Below are positions 1 through 10,207 of a DNA stretch of 64,000 bases, in pieces. A model generated the notes under the pieces. The model made no database searches and was not told the origin of the DNA. It was given only the letters and a program-made list of their open reading frames with translations. The first letter of the stretch is position 1. Each line of letters opens with the position of its first letter. The position numbers were made by a program, and so were the translations under genes. The stretch comes from Pirellulales bacterium (GTDB lineage: Bacteria > Planctomycetota > Planctomycetia > Pirellulales > PALSA-1355), in assembly GCA_041741015.1 (NCBI GenBank), contig JBGSKX010000316.1, positions 9,457 to 73,456 of the forward strand. The letters run 5' to 3'.

Positions 1-145
1 GGCGCTCTCGCTGGCGGTGAAACTCGCGGCGTGCTTCGGCGAGCCGGCGCTCGCGCACGCGCTTCTGCAACGGTCGCCACACGAGCGCCGCCACTATCAC
101 TGCGACCGCCAGACCTGCGGCGGCAACGGGCCACCAAGCGGTCAT
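1..145 (-). CDS. Partial hypothetical protein with N-terminal membrane anchor (runs off the window edge)
   Basis: ATG at 145-143 preceded by GGAGGAG RBS; own translation MTAWWPVAAAGLAVAVIVAALVWRPLQKRVRERRLAEARREFHRQRER. Confidence 0.7.
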   Translation of the reverse strand, partial: MTAWWPVAAAGLAVAVIVAALVWRPLQKRVRERRLAEARREFHRQRER

Positions 146-395
146 AAGAAGCTCCTCCGTGCCGTTTGCTGAAGGGGATATTTTGATTCTACTCGGCAGC
201 CGGGTAGTTACAAGCAAACGGGGATGTTCGCCGCGTCTGAACTATGGGCGGCCTGCGACCTATGAGGCCTTTTCTTGAGCCCCCCGTTTGTTATGATGGC
301 AGCCCTACGCGGTCGCTTGCTGGCATTTCACGTGCACAAGCAAACAACGGCGGCCCAAAACTCAATCCGCTACACGGTTCAGGAGCGTCGACGAG

Positions 396-608
396 ATGGC
401 CCAAGGCAAAGTGAAGAAGCTGGTGCAGGACAAGGGATTTGGCTTTATTCAGGGAGCCGATGGCCAGGACGTGTTCTTCCATCACTCGATCGTCGCCGAT
501 CGCGGCTTCGACGACCTCCAGATCGGGCAGGCCGTGGAGTATAGCCTCGAAGCCGGCGCCCCGCCCTCGGGCAAGGGTCCGCGCGCAGCCTCGGTGCAAC
601 CCGCCTAA
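396..608 (+). CDS. Cold-shock domain protein
   Basis: 70 aa with KGFGFI (RNP1), DVFFHHS (RNP2) and KGPRA motifs; AGGAG RBS. Confidence 0.95.
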   Translation: MAQGKVKKLVQDKGFGFIQGADGQDVFFHHSIVADRGFDDLQIGQAVEYSLEAGAPPSGKGPRAASVQPA

Positions 609-1067
609 ATGCGGCTGTTCGCGAGTCGGCACTCCGCCGGGGGCGTCACGGACACTCGGCGTTCCGCTCGGCGGGTACGAATCAGTTGGACATGGTAGGA
701 CAACGCTGAGCGGCATAGTCCGTCATCAGCGCCGTTCCTGACGCCGCTTCTGCGCGCGTTGCAACGTATCGATCGCCACCAGCGGTTTGGCCTGCTCGAG
801 CTCGCGCGCATCGACCTACGGACACTCGGCTATCGATGCGACCCGTTCGCCGACCGGTCCGTCGCCGGCCCAGGCACGCGCATCCGCCCACAGCGGATGG
901 CCTTCACGCGGCGTAGAGCAGTCTCGCCTCTCAGCGTCCCGCGTTTCTTTCCAACTCAGAGTCTCCTGGCCCATGCAGCGAAGCGTGAAATGCGCTAAAC
1001 AGCTGTCATTAGATTCGTGTTACGAAGCGTGCCGAACAAGAAGGATGCGGAATATAGGATAAATGCG

Positions 1068-1095
1068 TTGTCTAATGGCGATTAGGGACTATAAT
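1068..1095 (+). promoter_or_regulatory. Sigma70-like promoter with an operator-like inverted repeat in the spacer
   Basis: TTGTCT-16 bp-TATAAT upstream of the 1176 ORF; CTAAT-GGCG-ATTAG inverted repeat at 1072-1085. Confidence 0.55.
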
Positions 1096-1175
1096 CTGCC
1101 CTTATTTCTTACTTCAGCGTTCATATCTCCGATCCGCCTGACGACACGGCTGATTCAACAACCCGAGCCGACAAC

Positions 1176-4100
1176 ATGATGAAGCGAGCCCGAACCAACG
1201 GCGAACGGCCCACAGCGACGCGACGCCGAAAGACGAAGCCCGCCGAATCGTCGGGGAGGCCGCGACTTCTACGGAGTGAACCGCTTGAGGATCGTCTGCT
1301 CCTGGCCGTCAGTGTCGTGCATCGCGTAAACGCGGGCGGAAGTCTGGTCGCCAGCACACCGGCCTGGCTGGCCGATGCCGAAGGCGCGCCGTCTCAATAC
1401 GTCAACGGCGCGGCGACCGGCGACTACGTGTCAACGACGACGGCCACGATCAACATCAGTCACCCCTCGATTCCGGCAGGCACGCCGCAGGCATTGTTCA
1501 AATCGGATCGTTGGGATCCGGCAGGTGGCCCGGAGTTGCAATGGGCGTTTCCGGTAACCGCCGGGCAGTATCAGGTCCGGCTGTATTTTGCCGAGATCTA
1601 CGCGGGCGGACATTCGGTTGGCGCGCGCACGTTCGACGTATCGATCGAAAACACGCTGGTGCTCAACGACTACGACGTATTCGCGGAGGTGGGCGGCAAT
1701 GCCGGCGTCGTCAAGACGTTCACCGTGACCAGCGACGCCACGCTCAACATCAACTTCGCCCACGTCGTCGATAATCCGTCGATCAAAGCCATCGAGATCC
1801 TGACGACCGACACGCCGACTTCCGGGGTTTTGGGTTCGTCGGCCAACAATCTCGGCTTCGGCACCGTGACGGTCGGTAGTAGCGGACAACAGTCCCTGAC
1901 GTTGACCAATACCGGCTCTGCCGGCGCGTCGAACATCACGATCACCGGCACGACCATCACAGGTACCAATCCCGCGCAGTTCTCAGATTCCTTCACCGAT
2001 GCCACGCCAGTTGTTCTGGCGCCCGGCCAGTCGACGACGTTCAACGTCAACTTCAATCCAACGACGGCTGGCAGCAGGTCCGCCAACCTGCAGATCAGCC
2101 ACTCGGGCACGAACACTCCGCTGAGCATTCCTCTCGCCGGAACCGCCGTGGCGAACCAGGCGCCTGTGATCGCGGCGATCACGAATCCCACGCTCACCGC
2201 GGGCGCCAGCCAGACGCTATCCGTCTCTGCCACCGATCCCGATGGACCGGCCAGTGGAATCGTGCTGTCGGCGAGCGGCTTGCCGGCATTCGCCAGCTTT
2301 ACCAATCAGGGCAATGGCCTCGGGCAGTTCAGCTTTTCCCCTCCGGTTGGCACGACGGGCACGTTTCCAATCACGCTTACGGCCGCTGACTCGGCAACTC
2401 CCTCGGCAACCAGCAGCAAGGCGTTCACGCTGACGGTCACGGCGCCGCCGGTTGGCGGCACAGTGGTCTACCGAATCAACGCGGGCGGCAGCCAGGTTAG
2501 CGGCACTCCGGCCTGGCTGGCCGACGCCGAGGGCGCACCCTCGCAGTACGGCAACGGCGCCGCCACGGGCGACAACACGTTTTCGACCACAGCGGCGATC
2601 AATCTCAGCCATCCGTCCATTCCGGCGGGTACCCCGCAGTCGATCTTTCAGTCGGAGCGCTGGGACAATACGGGCGGCCCCGAGTTGCAGTGGGCGTTTC
2701 CCGTGACCGCCGGGCAATACCAGGTACGGCTGTACTTTGCCGAAACGTACTTCGGCGCTTTTGCCGTCGGCTCGCGGACCTTCGATGTGACCATCGAAAA
2801 CGCCCTGGTGCTGAACGACTATGACGTGTACGCCGAAGTGGGCGGCAACGCAGGCGTGGTCAAGTCGTTTACCGTCACGAGCGACGCCACGCTCAACATC
2901 AACTTCGCCCACGTGGTCGAGAACCCGGCGATCAAGGCCATCGAGATCATTCAGGCCGGCTCCACGCCCAATCAACTTGCGGCCTCGAGCAGCGTCGTGA
3001 ACTTTGATCAAGTCACGGTTGGCCAAATCGGCACGAAGACATTCAACCTGACCAACAACGGCGGTGCGGGCGACCCCTCGATCGTGATCAATCCGGCCTC
3101 GGCGGCGTTTCTGCCCGCCACGCCCCAGTTCACGCTGCAGTTCTCGCAGACCCAGCCGATCACACTTGCGCCCGGTCAATCGACGACCGTCACCGTCAAG
3201 TACACACCCACGAGCGTTACGAGCAATTCCGCCACGTTGAGCATTCCGCACAGCGGCACCAATTCTCCGCTTACGATTAGCATCGTCGGCCAGGGAGTCT
3301 CGGCCGTCCCCGTCAGCTTCTCCAAATCCTCGCTCATTGGGGCCAGCAGTGTGCTGCCCACATCGCTGCAGTTTGGTCCCGATGGTCGCCTGTACGTGGC
3401 CGAGCAAGATGGCCTGATCAAGATTTACACTGTGGTCCGCAACAGCGCCAACAACTATCAGGTGACCGCGACCGAAACCCTGACCCAGATCCAACAGATC
3501 CCCAATCACGACGACAACGGCACGCTGAATACCAGCGTCACTACGCGGCTGGTGACTGGGCTACTGGTCGTCGGCACCGCGGCCAATCCTATCGTCTACG
3601 TCACTTCCAGCGATCCACGCATCGGCGCAGGGCCAGCCGGAACCGATCTGAACCTCGACACCAACTCCGGCATCGTCTCGCGATTAACCAAGAACGGCAG
3701 CTCCTGGACCAAGCTGGATATCGTGCGCGGGCTGCCTCGCTCCGAGGAGAATCATGCCAACAACGGCATGCAGTTGGATACGGCGACTAACACGCTGTAT
3801 CTGGCGATGGGCGGCAACACCAACATGGGCGCGCCTTCCAACAACTTCGCGCTCCTGCCCGAATATGCCCTCTCGGCCGCGATCCTGTCGATCGATCTCA
3901 CCGCCATCGGCGAAACGACCTATGACCTGCCGACTCTCAACGACGAAAATCGAGCGGGCGTCAACGACGCGAACGATCCGTTTGGCGGTAACGATGGCAA
4001 GAATCAGGCTCGAATCGTTCCCGGCGGCCCCGTGCAGGTCTACGCGCCCGGCTTTCGAAATCCCTACGACATCGTGATTACCTCGGCCGGCCGAATGTAC

Positions 4101-7100
4101 ACGATCGACAACGGCCCGAATGCCGGTTGGGGTGGCGCGCCGGTCGGCGAAGGTCCCGCAGGAAACGCGACGAACGCCGTCAGCGAACCGGGCCAATCGT
4201 ATGGCGATGGCTTGCACTTTGTGACGGGCCCCGGCTACTACGGCGGCCATCCCAACCCAACTCGCTCAAATCCCGCCAACACGTTCAATTCCAGCAACCC
4301 GCAGTCGCCCGTTTCGGTAAGCAATCCGATTGAGTCCGACTACCTGATTCCCGGGACCCAGAACGGCGCCTTGATCGTGTATCCGCAGTCGACCAACGGC
4401 CTGGTCGAATACACGGCCAGCAACTTCGGTGGAGCGCTCAAGGGAAACCTGCTCGCGGCCAGCTTCGACAACTCGATCAAGCGCATCGTGCTCAACGGCA
4501 CAGGCACGAGCGTTGACTTATCGACGAATCTCTTCAACACCGTTGGTACTGTTCCGCTTGACGTTACTGCCCAGGGAGACTTCGGCGCGCTGCCTGGCAC
4601 GATCTGGGTCGCTGACATCGACTCCAATGCGATCTTCGTTTTCGAGCCTGCCGACTTTGGCTCCGGGCCAGTCGATCCCCCGGATCCGAACGACCTCGAC
4701 GGCGACGGTTACTCGAACGCTGATGAAACCGCCAACGGAACCGATCCCAACAACGCCGGCGATGTCCCCCCGGACCACGACGCGGACTTTCTCTCCAACA
4801 AACTGGATGCCGACGACGACAACGATACGCAACCGGACGTCAGCGACCCGTTTGCGATCGACGCGCAAAACGGTCAGCAGAATCCGATTGGCACGCTCTA
4901 TACCTGGGAGAATGACGCCCCACGCCCCGGCGGCCTATTGAATCTGGGCTTTACCGGCCTGATGTCCAACGGCGTGAGTAACTACGAGTCGCTATTCGAT
5001 GTGAACAAGCTGACGGCCGGCGGGGCCGCGGGCGTCTTGACGATCGACAATGCCTCGCTGGGCACGGCACGTGGCGCCACGAATACCCAGGATCAGGCGT
5101 TTCAGTTTGGCGTGAACGTGAGCGGGGCCACGAAGCCGTTCGCGGGACATACACGTGTCCTCGCTCCCTGGAGCGGTTCGACGCCGCAGGCCGGCCAGCA
5201 GATGGGCTTTTATCTCGGCCTCGGCGATCAGAACAATTACGCCCAGCTCGTGCTCGACGGCAACGGCACGGTCGTGTTCGAAATCGAAATCAACGGCCAG
5301 ATGACGACCGTCGCCTCGACGCCAATCGCGCTCGCGCAACTCACGTATGTCGACTTCTATCTGACCATTGATCCGGTGAGCAATACCGTTCAGGCCAGCT
5401 ACGCCCCGTTCGCCGGCGGTGTCCATGCTCCGCGCACGCTGCTGGGAACGCCAGCCGCGATTCCAGCCAGTTGGCTGTCGGGCGTCATGGCTGTGGGCCT
5501 CATCTCCACGACGCCGAGCGCCCAGCCGCCGCTGCCGGTGACCTGGGATTTCCTCGGTGTGGTTTACGATACGCCGCGGATCCTCGAGGCGTCCGTGTCC
5601 GCACTCGCTTTCGGCACCGTATCGACAATTGGCTCTGCGCAGCTCCCCGTGATCCTCACCAATCTGGGCCAGGTTGGCGATCCGGCGATCACGATCAGCG
5701 GCACCACCATCAGCGGTGCGAATGGCGCGCAGTTCTCCGATTCGTTCAACGACGCAGCGCCCGTCGTTCTGCAGCCAGGACAATCCACGACGATTTTCGT
5801 CACGTTCAGCCCCACGAGCGCCGGCGCCAAGACCGCCCAACTATCGATTGCCCACGACGGTGTGAGCGCGCCCCTCACGATTTCCCTTTCCGGGTCGGGA
5901 AGTTCCTCGGCAGCAACCGCCTCGGCCAAGGTCACGATCGATCCGGGCGGAACCATCGACGATTCGAGCACGTACGATAGCGGCGCGTTCCGAATCACGA
6001 ATCTCTCGACGGGCGGACAGACGATTCAATCCGTTCGCTTCAACCTTGCCACGGCATTCTTCGTCGATCAGGTGTTCGATCCCAACGGCACGGCCGGCGA
6101 CCCGACCGGCAAAACGTTCACGCCCGACAGCGGAGCGTCGCAAACTGGCCAAAGCAGCTTTGCGTTCTCCGGCGCGAACGGCGGCGGGTTCAGCATCCTC
6201 GATGTTTTCTTCACCGACTTCCAACTGAACGAACTCTTCACCTTCTCCGTCGACATCGACCCCACAAGCATTAAGGGCGCCGAGTCGCCCGGCCCAAGTC
6301 ACGCCGGCAGCCAGTCGGGACTCGAGCTGATCGGCAGCACAATCACCGTGACCTTCAGCGATGGGTCGGTGCTGGTCAGCGAGCCCTACCGTGTGCCATC
6401 GAGCCTCGTGGCTTCCGAAACGACTTTGCGAATCGACCAACCGTCGGCGCCTCAAATTGCCTTGGTAGGTGTTGCCTCGACGCCCGTCACGCTGACAAAT
6501 GCCAGCCAGACCGTCCGCATCACGGGCACTCCCGGCTCAAACGTGGCACTGCTTCAGGTCGAGGGCGGACTCTACCTGGCCGGCGTTCCTGGCGGCGGCT
6601 TCGACATCGACCCGTTCGAGGCGAACAAAGCCATCGGCGTTGTTGAGCGTCAGGCCGTGATCGGCGCTGGAGGTTTCGTCGATGTGCCCGTCACGCTGCT
6701 GAACTCGTCGGCGGAAAGCGGACTGAATCACTTCATGGCGGTCATCGTCGACGCGCAGGGACGAAGCGGCCGGATGTCCAATGTCGCGGTCGTGAAACTT
6801 CAAGCGAGCGTGCCCACCAACCAGGCGCCGGTGATCGCGACAATCACGAACCCGACCGTGACGGCCGGCAACAGCCAAACAATGGCCGTATCAGCAACCG
6901 ATCCCGATGGACCGGCCAGCGGCATCACGCTGTCGGCCAGCGGACTACCGGCCTTCGTGACGTTTACCAATCAAGGCAACGGCCAGGGGCTGTTCACTTT
7001 CACCCCGCCAGTGGGCACGACCGGCAGCTTCACGATTACCGTGACGGCCGTCGATTCAGGTACTCCACAAGGCTCGAGCAGCAAGACGTTTACCTTGACG

Positions 7101-8024
7101 GTCAATGCAGCGCCCGTCGGGGGAACCGTCGTCTATCGGGTGAATGCGGGCGGAGCCCAGGTGGCCGGCACGCCGGCCTGGCTCGCAGATTTGGAAGGCG
7201 CGCCGTCGCAATACAGTAACGGCGTAGCCACGGGTGACTACGTCTCGACGACGACGGCCACCATCAACATGAACCATGCGTCGATTCCGGCCGGAACGCC
7301 GCAAGCGGTATTCAAGTCGGATCGTTGGGACCCCGCAGGCGGCTCGGAACTGCAGTGGGCGTTCCCCGTAACTGCTGGCCAATACCAGGTGCGGCTATTC
7401 TTTGCCGAGACCTACACCGGCGCATTTACGGTCGGCGCGCGCAAGTTCGATGTGACGATCGAAGGAGCCTTGCTGCTGAACGACTACGATGTGTACGCCG
7501 AGGTGGGCGGCAACGCCGGCGTCGTGAAGACGTTCACAGTCACCAGCGACGCCACGCTCAACATCAACTTCGCTCACGTCGTCGACAATCCGAGCATCAA
7601 GGCGATCGAGATTCTCTCTGTCGGCAGTGCCCCCGCCGCGCCCGCCGCCCAAAGCATGGCACTGGTAGCGGACGAAACTCTGGCGGCGCCTCTCTCTGAA
7701 GAGCTCGACGCTGTGGTTAGCGCGGCGCCTTTGAGTGCGATTGCGGCCCAATCGCAGTCGCTCCAAGTCGGTTCCAACGTCGCTCAGCAAAGTCCAATCG
7801 ATACGGTGATTGGAAAGCTCGCGCCCCAAACACGCGCGATTGCGATCCTGACGAGTGTCGGCTCGCGGAAACCGGCCGTGGATGACTCAACCAGCGCCTT
7901 CAGCGTTTCGTCGCCCTCGCAGAACGAAGTCGATTCGCGAGCGCTTCGCATGTCCGCCTTGAAGCGGATCTTTGCAGATTCGCGCTTTCTGGCCGAAATC
8001 CGGCGTCGCGGATTGCTGGATTGA
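1176..8024 (+). CDS. Large extracellular protein: planctomycete extracellular motif, 3 malectin domains, choice-of-anchor-D/ASH and cadherin-like Ig domains, glucose/sorbosone dehydrogenase-like propeller, TSP3-like Ca-binding repeats
   Basis: LRSEPLEDRLLLA; three RxNAGG...YQVRLYFAE...RxFDV...IKAIEI malectin repeats; PTSLQFGPDGRLYV, NHANNG and GFRNPYD propeller motifs; DLDGDGYSNADE repeats. Confidence 0.9.
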   Translation: MMKRARTNGERPTATRRRKTKPAESSGRPRLLRSEPLEDRLLLAVSVVHRVNAGGSLVASTPAWLADAEGAPSQYVNGAATGDYVSTTTATINISHPSIPAGTPQALFKSDRWDPAGGPELQWAFPVTAGQYQVRLYFAEIYAGGHSVGARTFDVSIENTLVLNDYDVFAEVGGNAGVVKTFTVTSDATLNINFAHVVDNPSIKAIEILTTDTPTSGVLGSSANNLGFGTVTVGSSGQQSLTLTNTGSAGASNITITGTTITGTNPAQFSDSFTDATPVVLAPGQSTTFNVNFNPTTAGSRSANLQISHSGTNTPLSIPLAGTAVANQAPVIAAITNPTLTAGASQTLSVSATDPDGPASGIVLSASGLPAFASFTNQGNGLGQFSFSPPVGTTGTFPITLTAADSATPSATSSKAFTLTVTAPPVGGTVVYRINAGGSQVSGTPAWLADAEGAPSQYGNGAATGDNTFSTTAAINLSHPSIPAGTPQSIFQSERWDNTGGPELQWAFPVTAGQYQVRLYFAETYFGAFAVGSRTFDVTIENALVLNDYDVYAEVGGNAGVVKSFTVTSDATLNINFAHVVENPAIKAIEIIQAGSTPNQLAASSSVVNFDQVTVGQIGTKTFNLTNNGGAGDPSIVINPASAAFLPATPQFTLQFSQTQPITLAPGQSTTVTVKYTPTSVTSNSATLSIPHSGTNSPLTISIVGQGVSAVPVSFSKSSLIGASSVLPTSLQFGPDGRLYVAEQDGLIKIYTVVRNSANNYQVTATETLTQIQQIPNHDDNGTLNTSVTTRLVTGLLVVGTAANPIVYVTSSDPRIGAGPAGTDLNLDTNSGIVSRLTKNGSSWTKLDIVRGLPRSEENHANNGMQLDTATNTLYLAMGGNTNMGAPSNNFALLPEYALSAAILSIDLTAIGETTYDLPTLNDENRAGVNDANDPFGGNDGKNQARIVPGGPVQVYAPGFRNPYDIVITSAGRMYTIDNGPNAGWGGAPVGEGPAGNATNAVSEPGQSYGDGLHFVTGPGYYGGHPNPTRSNPANTFNSSNPQSPVSVSNPIESDYLIPGTQNGALIVYPQSTNGLVEYTASNFGGALKGNLLAASFDNSIKRIVLNGTGTSVDLSTNLFNTVGTVPLDVTAQGDFGALPGTIWVADIDSNAIFVFEPADFGSGPVDPPDPNDLDGDGYSNADETANGTDPNNAGDVPPDHDADFLSNKLDADDDNDTQPDVSDPFAIDAQNGQQNPIGTLYTWENDAPRPGGLLNLGFTGLMSNGVSNYESLFDVNKLTAGGAAGVLTIDNASLGTARGATNTQDQAFQFGVNVSGATKPFAGHTRVLAPWSGSTPQAGQQMGFYLGLGDQNNYAQLVLDGNGTVVFEIEINGQMTTVASTPIALAQLTYVDFYLTIDPVSNTVQASYAPFAGGVHAPRTLLGTPAAIPASWLSGVMAVGLISTTPSAQPPLPVTWDFLGVVYDTPRILEASVSALAFGTVSTIGSAQLPVILTNLGQVGDPAITISGTTISGANGAQFSDSFNDAAPVVLQPGQSTTIFVTFSPTSAGAKTAQLSIAHDGVSAPLTISLSGSGSSSAATASAKVTIDPGGTIDDSSTYDSGAFRITNLSTGGQTIQSVRFNLATAFFVDQVFDPNGTAGDPTGKTFTPDSGASQTGQSSFAFSGANGGGFSILDVFFTDFQLNELFTFSVDIDPTSIKGAESPGPSHAGSQSGLELIGSTITVTFSDGSVLVSEPYRVPSSLVASETTLRIDQPSAPQIALVGVASTPVTLTNASQTVRITGTPGSNVALLQVEGGLYLAGVPGGGFDIDPFEANKAIGVVERQAVIGAGGFVDVPVTLLNSSAESGLNHFMAVIVDAQGRSGRMSNVAVVKLQASVPTNQAPVIATITNPTVTAGNSQTMAVSATDPDGPASGITLSASGLPAFVTFTNQGNGQGLFTFTPPVGTTGSFTITVTAVDSGTPQGSSSKTFTLTVNAAPVGGTVVYRVNAGGAQVAGTPAWLADLEGAPSQYSNGVATGDYVSTTTATINMNHASIPAGTPQAVFKSDRWDPAGGSELQWAFPVTAGQYQVRLFFAETYTGAFTVGARKFDVTIEGALLLNDYDVYAEVGGNAGVVKTFTVTSDATLNINFAHVVDNPSIKAIEILSVGSAPAAPAAQSMALVADETLAAPLSEELDAVVSAAPLSAIAAQSQSLQVGSNVAQQSPIDTVIGKLAPQTRAIAILTSVGSRKPAVDDSTSAFSVSSPSQNEVDSRALRMSALKRIFADSRFLAEIRRRGLLD

Positions 8025-8194
8025 ATTCGCAGCGTGTCCGATGCCACACGCCATGCGGTTGTCGAAGAGAAAGCCGACGTCAAAAGTTCATCAACTGGAG
8101 ATAGCCAACAAGGCTTCCGCGCTATTGACTCGCCCCCCCGTCGTGGCTAGCCTGGGATTTGGTTGACAGGCTTCCACTCATGGAGAATTAGGGG

Positions 8195-9217
8195 ATGGGC
8201 AGAATTACGCGGGCGCTTGCCTCCGTCTTGATCATTCTGATCCTATGCACAACCGCGACTGCAGTTGTGATCGAGACTGTGCCCGTAGGCGATCTCGGCA
8301 ATGCGCACGACCCGTTTTCGGGGAACCGTTACGGTGGCGTGGACTATGCCTACAGGATCGGCAAGTACGAGGTGACGAATGCCCAGTACGCCGAGTTCCT
8401 CAACGCTAAAGCGGCCAGCGATCCGCTCCTACTGTGGGATAGCGGCATGCAATCCCGAAAGGAAGGTGGCATCAAGCGAGATGGTGCCAATGGCAGCTAT
8501 ACCTACGAGTTGAAACCGAATATGGCTGATAAGCCAGTAAATTATGTGAGTTGGTACGCCGCCATCCGCTTCACGAATTGGCTCCATAATGGTCAGGGAG
8601 CCGGCGACACGGAGACGGGTGCGTACACAATCCTCGGTGGGACGGTTGATCCCGCCAATGGAATGAGCATTACTAGAAACCCAGGCGCAACTTGGTTCCT
8701 GCCCAATGAGGATGAGTGGTACAAAGCAGCGTATTACCAACCTGTTTCACAAGGTGGTGATGCCGATGGTTATTGGAGGTTTGCAACCGGAACTAATACG
8801 ATCCCAACGGCTGCCACCATCGACGAGTTTGGAAGTATCAATAATCCCGGTCCCAATGTCGTTAATTACCAACACGACATTATTTTGGGGAATCCATCTA
8901 CCGTTGGCAGTGCGGGCGCTCTAAGCGCAAGTTTCTATGGCACGTTTGATCAAAGCGGCAATGTCGAGGAATGGACTGAAGGGACATTCAGAGACATGTA
9001 TCGGATTCTTCGGGGAGGGAGCTGGTTTGGTGCGGATGGCAGTATTTCATCGCAAGGCGGGTCAAGTCCGTTGCCGATCGTTGAATCCCAGTTTTTTGGC
9101 TTTCGGGTAGCAACCGTCCCCGAGCCTGCCACCTACGTATCGGCGTTGCTGGGTCTGATCACGCTGTGTGCCGTCCGGTATCGGCGTAATCAATCAGTCA
9201 AGTGGTATCGCCTCTGA
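8195..9217 (+). CDS. FGE/SUMF1-fold (C-type lectin-like) protein with PEP-CTERM sorting signal
   Basis: Signal peptide; YEVTNAQY, LPNEDEWYKAAY, DQSGNVEEW, RGGSW, GFRVA; C-terminal VPEP, TM helix and RYRR. Confidence 0.9.
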   Translation: MGRITRALASVLIILILCTTATAVVIETVPVGDLGNAHDPFSGNRYGGVDYAYRIGKYEVTNAQYAEFLNAKAASDPLLLWDSGMQSRKEGGIKRDGANGSYTYELKPNMADKPVNYVSWYAAIRFTNWLHNGQGAGDTETGAYTILGGTVDPANGMSITRNPGATWFLPNEDEWYKAAYYQPVSQGGDADGYWRFATGTNTIPTAATIDEFGSINNPGPNVVNYQHDIILGNPSTVGSAGALSASFYGTFDQSGNVEEWTEGTFRDMYRILRGGSWFGADGSISSQGGSSPLPIVESQFFGFRVATVPEPATYVSALLGLITLCAVRYRRNQSVKWYRL

Positions 9218-9299
9218 TCGGCTGACTGCACATGCGGGGTTTCTGTCCAATCGCCCCTCGCTACAATTCAGATTCCCGCTAGTCTGAATTGGAGCTGTT

Positions 9300-10157
9300 A
9301 TGCCACCTCTTGGCGCTCACATGTCGATTGCCGGCGGTTACTACAAAGCCGTCGATCTGGCCCACGTCGCCGGCTGCGACTGCGTGCAGATCTTCAGTAA
9401 GAACAACAACCAGTGGCGCGCCAAGCCGCTCTCCGACGATGACGCCGCGCGCTTTCAGGAAGCACTCGCCCGCACCGGAGTGCGCCATCCGCTGGTGCAC
9501 GATTCGTATCTGATTAACATGGCCAGTCCCGACGACGCCCTCTGGCAGAAGTCCGCCGAGGCGTTCGAACTGGAGTTACTCCGCGCCGACAAGCTGGGCA
9601 TCCCCTACGTCGTCGCCCATCCCGGCTCCTACACGGTGAGCAGCGAACAGGAAGGGCTCGACCGGATCGTTGCAGCGATTGACCTGGTGTATAAGCAAAC
9701 CGCAGGCGTCCGCTCGCTGGTCCTGCTCGAGAACACGGCCGGCCAGGGGACTAATCTCGGCTGGCGGTTCGAGCATCTCGCATACCTCATCGCGAAGGTT
9801 GCTGAGCCCCAGCGCGTCGGAGTCTGCATTGACACGTGCCATACGCTTGCCGCCGGCTATCCGCTGGCCACGCGCGACGAGTACGACAGCACGATTGCCG
9901 AACTCGACCGTGTGATCGGCCTTGCCCGCGTGAAGGCCATTCACTTGAACGACAGCAAGCAAGGTCTCGGATCGCGCGTCGATCGCCACGAGCACATCGG
10001 CCGCGGCAAGCTTGGCCTGGAGCCGTTCCGCATGCTGCTGAACGATCCGCGCTTCGCCAGCGTGCCGATGTATCTCGAGACGGCCAAGGAGCAGGAAGAC
10101 GGCGAAGAGATGGATGTCGTCAACTTGCGGACATTGCGCAGTCTGCTGCAGTCGTAG
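9300..10157 (+). CDS. nfo: Endonuclease IV (AP endonuclease 2)
   Basis: GAHMSIAGG, HDSYLINMAS, LLENTAGQG, CIDTCH, HLNDSK, DRHEHIG motifs. Confidence 0.95.
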   Translation: MPPLGAHMSIAGGYYKAVDLAHVAGCDCVQIFSKNNNQWRAKPLSDDDAARFQEALARTGVRHPLVHDSYLINMASPDDALWQKSAEAFELELLRADKLGIPYVVAHPGSYTVSSEQEGLDRIVAAIDLVYKQTAGVRSLVLLENTAGQGTNLGWRFEHLAYLIAKVAEPQRVGVCIDTCHTLAAGYPLATRDEYDSTIAELDRVIGLARVKAIHLNDSKQGLGSRVDRHEHIGRGKLGLEPFRMLLNDPRFASVPMYLETAKEQEDGEEMDVVNLRTLRSLLQS

Positions 10158-10207
10158 TCACCATAAACCGCATCACCAGCGCGACCCATCGAGGCGAGGA
10201 ATCGGCC

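Noticed and set aside
2217-7829. Long antisense and alternative-frame ORFs over the giant gene (likewise over the M16 and RM genes)
   Set aside because: Shadow ORFs typical of high-GC coding sequence; no motifs.
8195-9217. DGR target (CLec/FGE fold)
   Set aside because: No template repeat or reverse transcriptase seen in the window.
9836-10207. N-terminal extension of the 9836-11254 ORF overlapping nfo
   Set aside because: RBS and signal peptide point to ATG 10208.
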